Virus record (IMG/VR): IMGVR_UViG_3300026292_000003 | Location: 124,001-188,000 of that record | Direction: 5' to 3' (one strand) | DNA: 64,000 bases | In this document: piece after piece, positions 29,474 to 38,314 of the stretch | Layout: every line of letters begins with the position of its first letter | Position numbering within the stretch: position 1 is the first letter of the stretch | Made by a program: the position numbers and the translations under genes | Notes under the pieces: model-generated | What the model was told of the DNA's origin: nothing | The model's input: only the letters and a program-made list of their open reading frames with translations | Databases searched by the model: none

Positions 29474-30671
29474 TATAATCTGCAATTTTTGCGGAAAAAG
29501 TAGAACCCAAGTAAAAAAATTATTAGCAGGTGAGAATTCTAATCACATCTGTTCAGATTGCGTTGAGCTATGTTATGGTATTCTACAAAACAATGAAGTT
29601 AAAATAGAAAACACAATTCAAAAGAAATTTGTTCTTCCTACACCTAGAGAAATACACAAACATTTAGATGATTATGTTATAAGTCAAGATAAAGCAAAAA
29701 AGACTTTAAGTGTAGCAGTATATAATCATTATAAGAGAATAACATCAAATACAAAAACAAAATTACAAAAAGGCAACGTGTTTATGGCAGGTCCTACAGG
29801 AACTGGTAAAACACTAATGGCACAAACACTAGCCAATCATTTAGATGTACCATTTGTAGTTACTGATGCTACAGTTATTACAGAAAGTGGATACGCAGGT
29901 GAAGATGCAGAAGTGTTAATACACAAATTGTTTCAAGCGGCAGATTATGATATAGAAAGAGCAGAACGTGGAATAATATATATTGACGAAATAGATAAAA
30001 AAGCAAAACGTAATGATTTTGTTAGTTTAAGCAGAGATGTAAGTGGAGAAGGAGTTCAACAAAGTTTATTAAAACTAATAGAAGGTTCTAAAGTAACAGT
30101 ACCTAACAAGCCTCAAAGTAACCCAGAAAAAGTAGTTGTTGATACAACAAATATATTGTTTATTGTTGGTGGTGCATTTGTTGGGTTAGATGAAGTAGTT
30201 GCTAATAGACTTGGTAAATCAAAAATTGGTTTTAATGGCGAAGAAGGACATAAGATAGAAAATTGGACAGATTACTTACAAACTAAAGACTTGGTAAAGT
30301 ATGGATTAATACCAGAGTTTATTGGTAGATTTGCAAGTACTAACGTGTTAAGTAATTTAACCAAGGAAGACCTGGTAAAGATATTAATAGAACCAAAAGA
30401 TGCTATAGTAGAGCAGATCAAAGAGTTATTTTTACTTGACAAAATACAAATAGAGTTTAAAATGGAAGCATTGGAAGAGGTAGCAGATATAGCAATAAAA
30501 GAAGAAATTGGAGCCAGAGGGTTACGTAAGATACTCGATGGTGCATTACTTGAATTGCAATATAGATTACCAGAATTATTTAACGAAGGTATAAGAAAAA
30601 TTATTATTACAAAGAATGTTATTTCTAAAAACGAAGAACCACACTATATCAAAGGCAAAAATGCAACATAA
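29457..30671 (+). CDS. clpX: ATP-dependent Clp protease ATP-binding subunit ClpX
   Basis: C4 zinc finger, GPTGTGKT, IDEIDK, RDVSGEGVQQ and IGF loop. Confidence 0.96.
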   Translation: MMRPNDIICNFCGKSRTQVKKLLAGENSNHICSDCVELCYGILQNNEVKIENTIQKKFVLPTPREIHKHLDDYVISQDKAKKTLSVAVYNHYKRITSNTKTKLQKGNVFMAGPTGTGKTLMAQTLANHLDVPFVVTDATVITESGYAGEDAEVLIHKLFQAADYDIERAERGIIYIDEIDKKAKRNDFVSLSRDVSGEGVQQSLLKLIEGSKVTVPNKPQSNPEKVVVDTTNILFIVGGAFVGLDEVVANRLGKSKIGFNGEEGHKIENWTDYLQTKDLVKYGLIPEFIGRFASTNVLSNLTKEDLVKILIEPKDAIVEQIKELFLLDKIQIEFKMEALEEVADIAIKEEIGARGLRKILDGALLELQYRLPELFNEGIRKIIITKNVISKNEEPHYIKGKNAT

Positions 30672-31182
30672 ACGTTTTAAGAGAAAAGATCTGAAGCCTT
30701 TATATACTGCTAACGAAAGAATTAGATTTCCAGAAATTAGAGTTTCCTTACCAGATGGCGATAGTCAGGTCATGTCTACAAAGGAAGCCTTAGCAAAAGC
30801 AAAAGAAATGCAGTTAGACTTAATACTAATAGCTGAAAAAGCACAGCCACCAGTATGTAGAATAGTCTCACTCAATAAACATTTGTATGAGCTAAAGCAA
30901 AAAGAAAAACTGGCTAAAAAGAAACAACGCGAAAGCATTGTAGAAGTCAAAGAAATACGTATGGGTGTTAATATTGATACTCATGATTTGGAAACAAAAG
31001 CTAATATGGCTCGTAAGTTCTTAGACAAAAATAATAAACTAACAGTTATAGTGACAATGAAAGGCAGAGAACGTAGTAGGCCGGAGTCTGCTAAAGAAGT
31101 ACTAAATACATTTGCTGATAAACTTGGAATTAAATACGAGCAAGTCAGTATTCAGAGTCACAGAATAACTGGAAAAACATAG
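30661..31182 (+). CDS. infC: Translation initiation factor IF-3
   Basis: NERIR..IRV, LDLILIAEKAQPPVCRI, KEIRMGVNIDTHD, KGRE; ATG 30661 preferred. Confidence 0.92.
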   Translation: MQHKRFKRKDLKPLYTANERIRFPEIRVSLPDGDSQVMSTKEALAKAKEMQLDLILIAEKAQPPVCRIVSLNKHLYELKQKEKLAKKKQRESIVEVKEIRMGVNIDTHDLETKANMARKFLDKNNKLTVIVTMKGRERSRPESAKEVLNTFADKLGIKYEQVSIQSHRITGKT

Positions 31183-31188
31183 AAAAAT

Positions 31189-31476
31189 ATGGCATATAAT
31201 AGAAATAATAAAAATTACACCAGTAGTTGGCAGTCAAACGATAGACGCCCTAGACGTGAAGATAAACCTAAAGTTGGAGGTCTAACCGTTGAAGTAAGAA
31301 ACGGAAATCTTGAACAGGCTTTAAGAAGACTGAAAAAGATGATAGCCAAAGAAGGTTTAATGCAAGAAGTTCGTGACCGTAGATACTTTATAAGTAATAC
31401 GGAAAAAAGACTGAAAGCAGAAGCGGCTGGAAAAGCTAGACATCGTAGACGTATCGCTAAAGATAATCCAAAGTAA
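31189..31476 (+). CDS. rpsU: Ribosomal protein bS21 with N-terminal extension
   Basis: VEVRNGNLEQALRRLKK..KEGL..E.R.R.YF..EKR. Confidence 0.88.
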   Translation: MAYNRNNKNYTSSWQSNDRRPRREDKPKVGGLTVEVRNGNLEQALRRLKKMIAKEGLMQEVRDRRYFISNTEKRLKAEAAGKARHRRRIAKDNPK

Positions 31477-31523
31477 ATCTTATACTTTTATAGTATAAAT
31501 ATAGTGTAGTAGGAGGTATAGTT

Positions 31524-31826
31524 ATGACAAGAACTCAAGAGACGGGTGTTGCAGAGATTACCAAGTTAAAATCTCCACCTAAGTATTGTGTAATATTACT
31601 CAATGACGATTCTACTCCTATGGAGTTTGTTATTAATATATGTCAAACTATATTCAACAAGACTAAAGCAAAAGCAGAAGCTATTACATTAGAAGTACAT
31701 AAAAAAGGTAAAGGCGTAGCAGGAGTTTATAGTTACGAAGTAGCAGAACAGAAATGTGTAGAAACTGTAACCGAAGCAAGAAGAAACGGCTTTCCTTTAG
31801 ATGTTACATTAGAAAAAACAGAGTAA
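31524..31826 (+). CDS. clpS: ClpS adaptor
   Basis: PPKY.VILLNDDSTPMEFV, VHKKGKG and FPL; AGGAGG RBS. Confidence 0.93.
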   Translation: MTRTQETGVAEITKLKSPPKYCVILLNDDSTPMEFVINICQTIFNKTKAKAEAITLEVHKKGKGVAGVYSYEVAEQKCVETVTEARRNGFPLDVTLEKTE

Positions 31827-31838
31827 GTTAAAACAAAT

Positions 31839-32408
31839 ATGAAAATCGCAATCACGCAACGTGTGATTGACTTTCGAAATGGTCCATATGACAGCATAGA
31901 TCACGGATTTTATGATATGTTCAATGGACATATATTAAGGCCCATTCCAAACCACTTAGATCATTATCAGACAGAAATAATAGTCAGCAGTGATATTGTA
32001 GTGTTTACAGGTGGCAATAGTATGATACCTGGAAATTGGCAATATAATGAAAACAGATTAAGAGTCGAAAAGCACACGTTAGATTTAGCAAGATTATATA
32101 ACAAACCTATTTTAGGAATAAGCAGAGGATGCCAATTCTTGACCGTAAGTCTTGGCGGTAGTATTAAAGAAAATGGTAGACATAAGGAAGATCATATCGT
32201 ATATTATAATGATAGTGAAGTTAAAGTTTGTAGTAGGCATGAAGAGATATTAGATAAAATACCTACAGGTGCCACTTGTTTAGCTACAGATAAAGATGGT
32301 AATTGCGAAAGTTGGAAATTAGATAACATTATAACAGTATTATGGCACCCAGAAAGAATGAATACACATTGGCTACCATATGAAGCATATGGAATATTAG
32401 GAATATAA
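31839..32408 (+). CDS. Class I glutamine amidotransferase / peptidase C26-like protein
   Basis: FTGG, PILGISRGCQ and WHPE. Confidence 0.8.
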   Translation: MKIAITQRVIDFRNGPYDSIDHGFYDMFNGHILRPIPNHLDHYQTEIIVSSDIVVFTGGNSMIPGNWQYNENRLRVEKHTLDLARLYNKPILGISRGCQFLTVSLGGSIKENGRHKEDHIVYYNDSEVKVCSRHEEILDKIPTGATCLATDKDGNCESWKLDNIITVLWHPERMNTHWLPYEAYGILGI

Positions 32409-32684
32409 ATGATAAAAATATTAAATTTTTTTAAAGAAAGCTATGCTAAAGATAGGCTAGCCTTTTATGCAGAAATAGTAGAGACAACAGTTCTTATTAT
32501 GGCAAGTGCAATATTAAGTTTTACAATACTTGACCCTGCTACAGAAATTTTTATTCCATTATATTTGCTAGGTAGTATACTTGCAGTATTCAGTACATAC
32601 AGACGTGGTAGTAGTGCAGTTGTACTATGTACGTGGTTTACTCTAATGAACGGCTGGGCTTTTATACAGTTGTTTATATTATAA
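32409..32684 (+). CDS. Small three-TM membrane protein
   Basis: Hydrophobic helices. Confidence 0.7.
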   Translation: MIKILNFFKESYAKDRLAFYAEIVETTVLIMASAILSFTILDPATEIFIPLYLLGSILAVFSTYRRGSSAVVLCTWFTLMNGWAFIQLFIL

Positions 32685-32695
32685 GGATTATTTAA

Positions 32696-33124
32696 ATGAA
32701 AATAGGATTTACTTGTTCAACATTTGATTTACTACACGCCGGGCATATTGCTATGTTGCGAGAAGCTAAAGCACAATGTGATTATTTAATAATAGGATTG
32801 CAAACAGATCCTACAATAAGCAGACCAACAAAGAATTCACCTATACAAACAGTTGTAGAAAGATATACACAATTAAAAGCAGTAGGGTATGTAGATGAAA
32901 TAATTCCATATACTACTGAACAAGATTTAGAAGATATACTTTCTATGTATAATATTGATGTAAGGGTATTAGGAGAAGAATATAGAGAAAAAGATTTTAC
33001 AGGAAAAGATATCTGTAAGCAGAGAGATATTGCTCTATACTTTAATAAGCGAGATCACAGGTTCAGTTCAACAGAATTGAGGCAACGTGTTAACACAAAG
33101 GAAATGAAAAATGAGAGTGCGTGA
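32696..33124 (+). CDS. Cytidylyltransferase (TagD-like)
   Basis: TFDLLHAGH (HIGH-like), GLQTDP and RFSST. Confidence 0.88.
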   Translation: MKIGFTCSTFDLLHAGHIAMLREAKAQCDYLIIGLQTDPTISRPTKNSPIQTVVERYTQLKAVGYVDEIIPYTTEQDLEDILSMYNIDVRVLGEEYREKDFTGKDICKQRDIALYFNKRDHRFSSTELRQRVNTKEMKNESA

Positions 33125-34232
33125 AGAAGTTAAACTAAATTTTGAAGATGTATTAATGGAACCAAAACGTTCTACATTAGGTAGTAGACGTGACGTACAA
33201 ATGACTAGAAAGTTTACATTTAGAAACTCTGGTAAAGTGATTGACTTCTGTCCTATATTTGCTAGTAATATGGATGGTGTAGGTACATTTGAAGTAGCTA
33301 AAGTATTACAAGAACATAAAATGATGACTGTAATTACAAAAAGTACACCACTAGAAGAATGGAAAGCGGCCGCTGGTACAGGTTTAAGAATGCAAAGTAT
33401 AAGTGTATGTACAGGTACAAATAAAATGTGGGACCCAGATGCACCAGACTATGCTAATATGAAAGCAGTACTAGAAGCATTTCCTGATGTAAAAATGATT
33501 ACTGTAGATGTTGCTAATGCTTATCACGAGAATTTTGTAGACTTTATTAAGATGATTAGAGATGAATATCCTGATAAAGTTATTGTAGCAGGTAACGTAG
33601 TTACACCAGAGATGGTAGAAGAATTAATTATAAACGGTGCTGACGTAGTTAAAATTGGTATTGGACCAGGCTCAGTATGTACAACAAGAACAATGACAGG
33701 TATTGGAGTACCACAGTTTTCAGCTATATTAGAATGTGCAGATGCGGCAAATGGCGTTGATGGACATATTATGGCAGATGGTGGTTGTGTACACCCAGGA
33801 GATATTGCAAAAGCACTTGGTGGTGGAGCTCATATGGTTATGATAGGTGGTATGTTAGCAGGACACAAAGAAGGTGGTGGTAAACTTATCACTAAACATA
33901 CAGCCACAGGTGGTGCGTATAAAACACCTGAGGGAACATATGTTCCTTATTATGAAGAACAACAGTTTGTTGAGTTCTACGGAATGAGTTCAGATCGTGC
34001 TAGAGAGAAGCATGGCAAACGAAAAGATGGATATAGAGGTAACGAAGGTAGACATATTGTTATGCCTTACAGAGGACCTATTAATGACACAGTTGAGAAT
34101 ATACTAGGTGGTGTTAGATCAGCGGCCACTTATATTGGAGCAAGACGTTTAAAGGATATGCCAAAGTGTGCAACATTCGTAAGAACAAATAATGTTATCA
34201 ATAGAACTTACGAGCAATTCACAGTAAAATAA
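33111..34232 (+). CDS. guaC: GMP reductase
   Basis: VDVANAY, KIGIGPGSVCTTR, ADGG, FYGMSS, ILGGVRSA. Confidence 0.92.
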   Translation: MRVREEVKLNFEDVLMEPKRSTLGSRRDVQMTRKFTFRNSGKVIDFCPIFASNMDGVGTFEVAKVLQEHKMMTVITKSTPLEEWKAAAGTGLRMQSISVCTGTNKMWDPDAPDYANMKAVLEAFPDVKMITVDVANAYHENFVDFIKMIRDEYPDKVIVAGNVVTPEMVEELIINGADVVKIGIGPGSVCTTRTMTGIGVPQFSAILECADAANGVDGHIMADGGCVHPGDIAKALGGGAHMVMIGGMLAGHKEGGGKLITKHTATGGAYKTPEGTYVPYYEEQQFVEFYGMSSDRAREKHGKRKDGYRGNEGRHIVMPYRGPINDTVENILGGVRSAATYIGARRLKDMPKCATFVRTNNVINRTYEQFTVK

Positions 34233-34310
34233 GTATTGCTCAAAATGCATAACAGCCTTTACTAATTAAAACATCAGTTTTTTTCACTTCCGTGATAAAT
34301 AGAAGTGAAG

Positions 34311-34436
34311 ACAAAAAAGCGACCTCAGCTTATAAAAAATGAGTGGCACTAGGGAAAGACCAGGGCGTGCCGACGCCTCAAAACCGACTGACACCGGAAA
34401 AGACTGGAATTGGATTCTTTCCCGAGAATGAATCCC
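34311..34436 (+). ncRNA. GC-rich structured RNA leader (manA-like?)
   Basis: Several stems (ctca/tgag, ggcac/gtgcc, ccgg/ctgg, ggattc/gaatcc) and two RAAAGA loops after a late promoter. Confidence 0.55.
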
Positions 34437-34457
34437 AAAAAATTAATGGAGAAGAAG

Positions 34458-34685
34458 ATGACTCGAACTTTGAGTGCTCTTGTAACGGCGATTTCTGATG
34501 CGTTAACCCCAAAAGGATCAACAGACTCGCAATTACTACTTTGGGCTAAAACAGAATATGGTAATGACTGGCAGTATGCATACAGATGGATGAAAGAGAA
34601 TCCTGGTACTGTACCTTTTAATAAACCAGTTGTAAAAATAGAAGTACAGAAGGATAAAGAACATGATGAATACTTTGGTGTCTAA
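34458..34685 (+). CDS. Small hypothetical protein
   Basis: GGAG RBS then ATG 34458; WAKTEYGNDWQYAY. Confidence 0.7.
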   Translation: MTRTLSALVTAISDALTPKGSTDSQLLLWAKTEYGNDWQYAYRWMKENPGTVPFNKPVVKIEVQKDKEHDEYFGV

Positions 34686-34851
34686 TTATTGTGCTATATG
34701 TGAAGCAGTATCACATTGGACAAGAAGATTTTTCGCAAGATTACTAGAAACTTTTGAAACAGTAGGGAAAGCAAGAGCTTCCGCAGAACTAACCCGACAA
34801 GGGTATCATAAAGAAGCAAAGGCGTTGATGTGCGATGTTAAAAGCGATTAA
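34663..34851 (+). CDS. Small hypothetical protein
   Basis: 62 aa; ARASAELTRQGY motif. Confidence 0.65.
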   Translation: MMNTLVSNYCAICEAVSHWTRRFFARLLETFETVGKARASAELTRQGYHKEAKALMCDVKSD

Positions 34852-34969
34852 GAAATTTTTTAAAAATATAACTATGTCAGAAAGCGAACGTTATCTAGCA
34901 AATTCAGTAGATTTAGTTGACCTTGAAAGAAGACAACGAGAATTAAGAACTAAAGGATTTAGAGTATAA
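34835..34969 (+). CDS. Small protein, DUF3563-like (not in ORF track)
   Basis: MLKAIKKFLKNITMSESERYLANSVDLVDLERRQRELRTKGFRV. Confidence 0.6.
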   Translation: MLKAIKKFFKNITMSESERYLANSVDLVDLERRQRELRTKGFRV

Positions 34970-35013
34970 TGTGGCCTTATACAGAAGAAGAGAACGATTT
35001 TTTAAGTAAATAG
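34969..35013 (+). CDS. 14-aa micropeptide MWPYTEEENDFLSK
   Basis: ATG overlaps the upstream stop (TAATG). Confidence 0.4.
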   Translation: MWPYTEEENDFLSK

Positions 35014-35058
35014 TACCATTGCTCATAAACTATAGTGTTAACTAGCATAAATAGTAGT

Positions 35059-36030
35059 ATGAGCAAGGTACATTTACTATCACAAATTATTACAAGTTTA
35101 CAACAGGAAACTACTCAGCAAGGCAAATATAACATATTAAGCCAATATGAAAAAGAAGCTATTCTGAAAAGAGTAGTAAGTATAGCCTATAATCCTTGGA
35201 TAGATTTAGAAATGCAAAACTTTGAACCCAAAAGAATGGGCAAAAAGTTTGGTATGAGTATACCTAAATTTTTACATATCATTGATGATATGATTGAAGA
35301 TAAATTCACACAAAAAGAAAAAGAGTTTTCTTGTCAAATGGCAATGATGCATATAAATGTTACAGAAGCAGAGTTGTTTATTAAGTTAGTTAGGCAAGAG
35401 TTAGATTTAGGATTAACAGACGAAACTATTAATAAAGTTTGGCCTGGGCTTGTAATGAGTTATCCTATAAGTTACCCAAGTGCAAAAGATTATAAATCGT
35501 TTAATCAATTTCCAGCCGCGGTACAGCCAGTTAGTAGAGGACTAAGAGTAAATATTATAATTCACAAAAATACAGTATCATACAAGGACAAGCTAGGGCA
35601 GGACATATTAGGTTGGGAAATATACAATGAACAATTTATTAATCTTGCACAAGGGAACAATACAGTATTTGATGGTCACGCAGTAGTAGCAAAAGGTCCA
35701 CAAATAGTTGAAACAGATAATCAAAAAGTATTAGAAGCAGATCCTAAAGACGTTAGATTTATGTTATGGGATGTAATTAGATTTGATGGATTTATAAAAG
35801 GTGAAGATACTAGAGTTGGTTATAACTGGCGTCATAACGGCATAGAACATATGCAGATACTAGCAATAGAGAAAAATAAACAACCTTGTTATGATTTAGT
35901 ACGTGCTGACCTTGTAGGTAGTCAAGAACAATTAGAACTTTCAGTAAGTAAAATGAAACCTTGTGTTATTAAAGCATTAGATGGTACGTGGAAACACGGT
36001 ATTGACAATTCGCAAATTATTATTAATTAA
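35059..36030 (+). CDS. Inactive T4-type DNA-ligase-like protein
   Basis: Ligase-type N-terminal domain; motif I reads QPVSRG rather than QxKxDG; no OB domain; ATG 35059 preferred. Confidence 0.65.
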   Translation: MSKVHLLSQIITSLQQETTQQGKYNILSQYEKEAILKRVVSIAYNPWIDLEMQNFEPKRMGKKFGMSIPKFLHIIDDMIEDKFTQKEKEFSCQMAMMHINVTEAELFIKLVRQELDLGLTDETINKVWPGLVMSYPISYPSAKDYKSFNQFPAAVQPVSRGLRVNIIIHKNTVSYKDKLGQDILGWEIYNEQFINLAQGNNTVFDGHAVVAKGPQIVETDNQKVLEADPKDVRFMLWDVIRFDGFIKGEDTRVGYNWRHNGIEHMQILAIEKNKQPCYDLVRADLVGSQEQLELSVSKMKPCVIKALDGTWKHGIDNSQIIIN

Positions 36031-36790
36031 GTCTTCCAACAATTCTTTTAATATATTTTGATCCTAGATGATCATAAAGTCCATCAAATAATTGAAATTT
36101 AGTCCAAGCCTTAATTGTACCTCTACCCTTATCAACAAATCTTTGCCACCAAGTAGTATTAGTTTTAATCTTCATATCGTATGTCATATAATATAATTTA
36201 CCTACGTGTGAGTAGTATCCAAATGGTGGTACTTGACATACAATGTCGTTATTATTAACAAACCTATAAGCTTCTATTTCGTCAAACTGTTTACCCCATT
36301 CTCTATCTCCAACACGTGGACTTCCATAAGTGTAAAGAACTGCATTTTTATATCCTAGCTCAACTAATCTACTTATTACAATAGTAGCCATTGCGGCTCC
36401 TAAACTATGTCCTGTAATAATAAACCTATCTTTTTTATTTTTAGTTTTTAACCATTTTGTAATAGAAGGCCAAAGTTTATCAACTTCACCTTTAAATCCA
36501 GCATGAACGTTTCCTTCAGTTTCACTATCTGCAGGCCATGCTTTAATGTCTGCTAATATGTCTTTAAATGATGTAGGTTCAGTTCCTCTAAATGCTAATA
36601 CATTATAATATGGTGTAGATATTCCATAACCTTGTGCATTTTCTACTTCAAAGTATTTTATTTTTTTAAATTTTAGATTTTGCTCTTTTAAATAGTTTTC
36701 TAAAGTAGCATGGTCTTCGTATGCATATTCACATATGTTGGCACATATTTCTGCAAACATCCAATCTATATTATTTTTCTGGGTGCTCAA
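36023..36790 (-). CDS. Lipase class 3 family protein
   Basis: LAFRGT, VHAGF, ITGHSLG, TYGSPRVG, NNDIV..VP and C-terminal DH. Confidence 0.9.
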   Translation of the reverse strand: MSTQKNNIDWMFAEICANICEYAYEDHATLENYLKEQNLKFKKIKYFEVENAQGYGISTPYYNVLAFRGTEPTSFKDILADIKAWPADSETEGNVHAGFKGEVDKLWPSITKWLKTKNKKDRFIITGHSLGAAMATIVISRLVELGYKNAVLYTYGSPRVGDREWGKQFDEIEAYRFVNNNDIVCQVPPFGYYSHVGKLYYMTYDMKIKTNTTWWQRFVDKGRGTIKAWTKFQLFDGLYDHLGSKYIKRIVGRLN

Positions 36791-37088
36791 TGATCTTCTC
36801 CAGTTTATGCGTAGGTATTCGTTTGTTGTCTATATAACGCCAAACCTTTCCTCTGCCATTACTTACTTGAAATATCGTTTCTCTATAACCTATACTTATT
36901 ATAGTAGCTTTTTCGCCATCTAGGAATACTATATCACCTGGTTCAAAACCTGGTTTCATTTTCCAACGTATACTGGCAATAAGATCACCAACAAGTTCCT
37001 TTACCCATAAAGCTACAAGGGCGGTAAGACCTAGTGCTATAATAGGTGCAAGAATGTTTGATAATTCAAGGGTTTGTTCTTCTAACAT
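36771..37088 (-). CDS. Small MscS-like membrane protein
   Basis: One TM then FEPGDIVFLDGE..IISIG, resembling the MscS beta-domain. Confidence 0.55.
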   Translation of the reverse strand: MLEEQTLELSNILAPIIALGLTALVALWVKELVGDLIASIRWKMKPGFEPGDIVFLDGEKATIISIGYRETIFQVSNGRGKVWRYIDNKRIPTHKLEKIIEHPEK

Positions 37089-37109
37089 AAAACTATTTAT
37101 CTTTTCTGC

Positions 37110-37138
37110 TTGACACTAAGGTTAAAATAGCTTATAAT
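37110..37138 (+). promoter_or_regulatory. Consensus sigma70 promoter, divergent from a minus-strand late promoter
   Basis: TTGACA-17-TATAAT; tatttat at 37094-37100. Confidence 0.85.
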
Positions 37139-37190
37139 GAGTACATAATTTGGCACAAAGAAGTGCAATTTAACAGAGAGTTATACTATT

Positions 37191-37724
37191 ATGAAAGGTT
37201 TAAAGATACCGTCAGTTACTTTTAGAGTTAGACAAGGTGACGAAGAAGTACCGGGAGAAGCTGGTTGTCCTATTGGAGGAGAATGGATTACTACAACAAC
37301 AGATGATTACTTCAAAGGTAAACGTATTGTATTGTTTAGTTTACCAGGTGCATTTACACCAACTTGTTCCTCAAAGCAGTTACCGGGTTTTGAAGGAAAT
37401 TATGAGACAATTAAGGCAAAAAACATTGATGAGATTTACTGCATAAGTGTAAATGACAGTTTCGTTATGAATGCTTGGGCAGAAAAAATGCAAATTAAAA
37501 ATGTTAAAATGATTCCAGATGGCTCAGGAAACTTTACTAGGTTTATGGGTATGCTAATTGGAAAGAACCATTTAGGATTTGGAATGCGTAGTTGGAGATA
37601 TATGGCAGTTATTAACGATGGAGTTGTTGAACATTGGTGGCAAGAACCAGGAATCAATAACGAAGGTGATGATAACGATCCATATGGAGAAACTTCTCCA
37701 GAAAATTTAATGAAAACTTTATAA
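37191..37724 (+). CDS. Peroxiredoxin (Prx5-like)
   Basis: LPGAFTPTCS, SVNDSFVM, DGSGNFT, RSWRY. Confidence 0.93.
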   Translation: MKGLKIPSVTFRVRQGDEEVPGEAGCPIGGEWITTTTDDYFKGKRIVLFSLPGAFTPTCSSKQLPGFEGNYETIKAKNIDEIYCISVNDSFVMNAWAEKMQIKNVKMIPDGSGNFTRFMGMLIGKNHLGFGMRSWRYMAVINDGVVEHWWQEPGINNEGDDNDPYGETSPENLMKTL

Positions 37725-37734
37725 AGAGAATATT

Positions 37735-38259
37735 TTGAAACAAGTAAAAGATACAATTAATAATTTCTTTAAATGGGTAAAAGGTACAGAATTAGTAGAG
37801 CTAACAGATATAGATGTTTCTGAAGATCCTGTAAGACCTGAATTAACACTTGAGTGGAGATTATCTGCTGAAAGAAAGATTTATGGACTTAAATTTGAGG
37901 ATAGCATAGAAGCAATAGTTTGTGTAGCATATACTAATGAAGTACCAATTACTGTTAGAGAAATGGACTATATGAGTCAGGTAGCTTGTCAAGAAAACCA
38001 ATCTGGTTCTATTGCAGTAGCTTATACAGTATGGTCAAGAAAAAGAGGAGCAGGTAAAGAGATAATTAATAAGTTACACGAGTTTTTAGTTAGCGAAAGA
38101 ACTGCGACGAAACGATTAGTAACATTGTCTCCTCTCACGCCTATGGCAACACATTTTCATATTAAAAATGGTGCAAAACAAATAAGTATTAATGATACTA
38201 CACAAAATTTTGAATATAGTTTAGTAAATTCAAAAACAAATTATAGTACATATAATTAA
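37735..38259 (+). CDS. GNAT-like hypothetical protein
   Basis: YTVWSRKRGAGKEII acetyl-CoA-loop-like motif; TTG start. Confidence 0.55.
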   Translation: MKQVKDTINNFFKWVKGTELVELTDIDVSEDPVRPELTLEWRLSAERKIYGLKFEDSIEAIVCVAYTNEVPITVREMDYMSQVACQENQSGSIAVAYTVWSRKRGAGKEIINKLHEFLVSERTATKRLVTLSPLTPMATHFHIKNGAKQISINDTTQNFEYSLVNSKTNYSTYN

Positions 38260-38279
38260 AAAATTAATCCACAATTCGG

Positions 38280-38309
38280 TTGACAATTAAACTTTTACGT
38301 GTATAAATA
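38280..38309 (+). promoter_or_regulatory. Overlapping sigma70-like and late promoters for tmRNA
   Basis: TTGACA-16-TATAAA with TATAAATA at 38302-38309. Confidence 0.65.
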
Positions 38310-38314
38310 TACAA

